In this document: one piece after another, positions 62,140 through 64,000 of the stretch
How positions within the stretch are numbered: position 1 is the first letter of the stretch
How the letters are laid out: each line of letters begins with the position of its first letter
Assembly: GCA_041175465.1 (NCBI GenBank)
Contig: JBEDEX010000002.1
Span: 36,405 to 100,404 of the forward strand
Length of the DNA stretch: 64,000 nucleotides
Reading direction: 5' to 3'
DNA from: Pseudomonadota bacterium
Lineage (GTDB): Bacteria; Pseudomonadota; Alphaproteobacteria; Sphingomonadales; Sphingomonadaceae
Notes under the pieces: generated by a model
What the model was told of the DNA's origin: nothing
The model's database searches: none
Seen by the model: the letters and a program-made list of their open reading frames with translations, nothing else
Made by a program: the position numbers and the translations under genes

Positions 62140-64000
62140 ATGAGTGATGATAATAATGATAAGCCGACTTTGACGCGCAAGCCGCTCACATTGAGCCGCT
62201 CGCTTGAATCCGGCGAAGTGAAACAGACCTTCAGCCATGGCCGCACCAACAAGGTTGTGGTTGAGGTGAAGCGCAAAAAACTCGTCGGTAAGCCTGGTTA
62301 TACGCCTGAGCCAGAAGCCGCTGCGCCTCCGCCACCCCCGCCACCTGTAGCGGCACCCGTAACGCCCGCACCTGCACCTACTGCCGCGCCAGCGCCTAAG
62401 CCACGCCCCACAGGCAATGACATGCTCAGCCGTCAGGAGCGTCAGGCAAAGCTACTACGCGAAGCCGAAGAGGCGCGCTTGGCCATGCTGGAGGAAAGCA
62501 GCCGCCGTGAAGCAGAGCAACGTGCACAACGCGCCGAAGAAGAGCGTCAACGCGCCCAAGCCAACCGTGAGGAGGCTGCTGCATCGCCGCCACCACCGGC
62601 TGCAGCTGCGGTAGAAGCGGTTGCTCCAGCGGCGACTGAAGCGCATGAGTCTGTTGCGGAAGAAGGCAATAAAGATGCTCCAGCGCCTGCGCCGCGTCGC
62701 TTTACACCCGTAGAAGCCCCCAAGCGCCCAGAGCGCGAGCGTGAAGAAGTCAAAAAGGCGCCGCACCGTCCAACGCGCGGTGCCGCGGATGATCGCCGTC
62801 AATCTGGCAAGCTTACCGTTACCCGCGCGCTGGAAGGTGATGATGGCGCACGTGCACGTTCACTTGCCGCGCTGAAGCGTGCGCGCGAAAAAGAAAAGCG
62901 TCTGCATGGCGGTGGCAACCGTCAGGCACAAGTGAAGCAAACCCGCGACGTTGTCGTGCCCGAAACCATCACGGTGCAAGAACTTGCCAACCGTATGGCG
63001 GAAAAAGGCAGCGATTTGGTCAAAGCCTTGTTCAAAATGGGCATGCCAATCACCATCAACGAAACCATTGACCAAGACACGGCAGAATTGCTGGTTGAAG
63101 AATTTGGCCACAACATCACGCGCGTGTCGGATGCCGACGTCGACATTTTCCATGATGACGATGTCGATAGCGCTGAAACCATGAAGCCGCGTCCGCCGGT
63201 CGTGACTGTCATGGGGCATGTCGATCATGGTAAGACGTCTTTGCTGGATGCCTTGCGTGGCGCGAATGTCGTATCCGGCGAAGCTGGCGGTATTACTCAG
63301 CATATCGGCGCCTATCAGGTGAAAGCAAAGGATGGCTCGGTCATCACATTCCTCGATACACCGGGCCATGAAGCGTTCACGCAAATGCGTCAGCGTGGTG
63401 CTTCGGTCACCGATATCGTAATTTTGGTGGTGGCTGCCGATGATGGCCTGATGCCGCAGACAATTGAGGCCATTAAGCATGCCAAGGCTGCAAATGTCCC
63501 GATGATCGTCGCGATCAATAAGATCGATAAAGAAGGCGCAAATCCGCAAAAGGTACGCGAGCGTTTGCTTGAGCATGAGGTTGTAGTCGAAGCCATGGGC
63601 GGCGACGTTCAGGACGTTGAGGTTTCAGCGTTGAAGAAGACAGGGCTCGATACTTTGCTAGAAAAGCTGGCCTTGCAGGCCGAAGTCATGGAGCTGAAAG
63701 CCAATCCAGATCGCGCGGCGGAAGCCGTTGTGGTCGAAGCACAGCTCGATAAGGGCCGTGGTGCTGTTGCAACCGTTCTGGTGAAGCGCGGTACGCTGAA
63801 GCGTGGGGATATCTTCGTTGTTGGCGCCCAAAGCGGTAAAGTCCGTGCGTTGATCAACGAAAAGGGACAGCAAGTTTCCGAAGCTGGCCCCGCAACCCCC
63901 GTCGAAGTGCTTGGCTTGACCGGTGTTCCATCGGCAGGTGACGTTTTGACTGTTGTTGAAAGCGAAGCGCGTGCCCGTGAGGTTGCTTTGTATCGTAAGG
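62140..64000 (+). CDS. infB: Translation initiation factor IF-2, 3'-truncated by window edge (absent from the ORF track)
   Basis: ATG 62140 ([33 protein letters not shown]). In-frame [45 protein letters not shown]. Confidence 0.98.
   Translation, partial: MSDDNNDKPTLTRKPLTLSRSLESGEVKQTFSHGRTNKVVVEVKRKKLVGKPGYTPEPEAAAPPPPPPPVAAPVTPAPAPTAAPAPKPRPTGNDMLSRQERQAKLLREAEEARLAMLEESSRREAEQRAQRAEEERQRAQANREEAAASPPPPAAAAVEAVAPAATEAHESVAEEGNKDAPAPAPRRFTPVEAPKRPEREREEVKKAPHRPTRGAADDRRQSGKLTVTRALEGDDGARARSLAALKRAREKEKRLHGGGNRQAQVKQTRDVVVPETITVQELANRMAEKGSDLVKALFKMGMPITINETIDQDTAELLVEEFGHNITRVSDADVDIFHDDDVDSAETMKPRPPVVTVMGHVDHGKTSLLDALRGANVVSGEAGGITQHIGAYQVKAKDGSVITFLDTPGHEAFTQMRQRGASVTDIVILVVAADDGLMPQTIEAIKHAKAANVPMIVAINKIDKEGANPQKVRERLLEHEVVVEAMGGDVQDVEVSALKKTGLDTLLEKLALQAEVMELKANPDRAAEAVVVEAQLDKGRGAVATVLVKRGTLKRGDIFVVGAQSGKVRALINEKGQQVSEAGPATPVEVLGLTGVPSAGDVLTVVESEARAREVALYRK

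Noticed and set aside
62290-62700. Pro/Ala-rich low-complexity repeats
   Set aside because: This is the normal variable N-terminal linker of IF-2, not a DNA repeat array.

Overview
A 64-kb core-genome segment of an alphaproteobacterium, almost certainly Sphingomonadales. This is inferred from gene content, the absence of lpxD/lpxA/lpxB around fabZ, and a tRNA-His that keeps G-1:C73. It carries tsf(partial)-pyrH-frr-uppS-cdsA-dxr-rseP-bamA-skp-fabZ, rpmE, tRNA-His, a Leu/Phe/Val dehydrogenase, ccmC-D-E-F-G-H-I, kup, leuA, a nitronate monooxygenase-family gene, yceI, ilvB-ilvN-ilvC, miaA/serB, sodC, two L,D-transpeptidase-family genes, liuR plus an acyl-CoA dehydrogenase, uvrD, a TPR/Asp-beta-hydroxylase gene, an MFS-cysK pair, rsmD-rluB, ampG, lapA-like-pyrF-trpF-trpB-trpA-accD-folC, purB, an orphan TonB-dependent receptor, parC, GNAT-DUF1285-Nudix-cca, DUF1499, a PQQ sugar dehydrogenase and rimP-nusA-DUF448-infB(partial). 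I found no prophage, IS transposase, CRISPR array, defence island or clearly new multi-gene system. The most interesting signals are non-coding or small. They are a Leu-codon leader peptide attenuator without a strong terminator before leuA, a dispersed family of CGTC-tagged palindromic repeats (including a 96-bp MITE/REPIN-like unit), a LiuR-type box filling its own promoter spacer, a GAAC-N7-GAAC SOS box at uvrD, and an 8-bp head-to-head start-codon overlap (ATGCCCAT) of miaA and serB. The most interesting protein is a soluble TPR + AspH-type dioxygenase of unknown substrate. All calls come from reading motifs by eye; no database searches were run.
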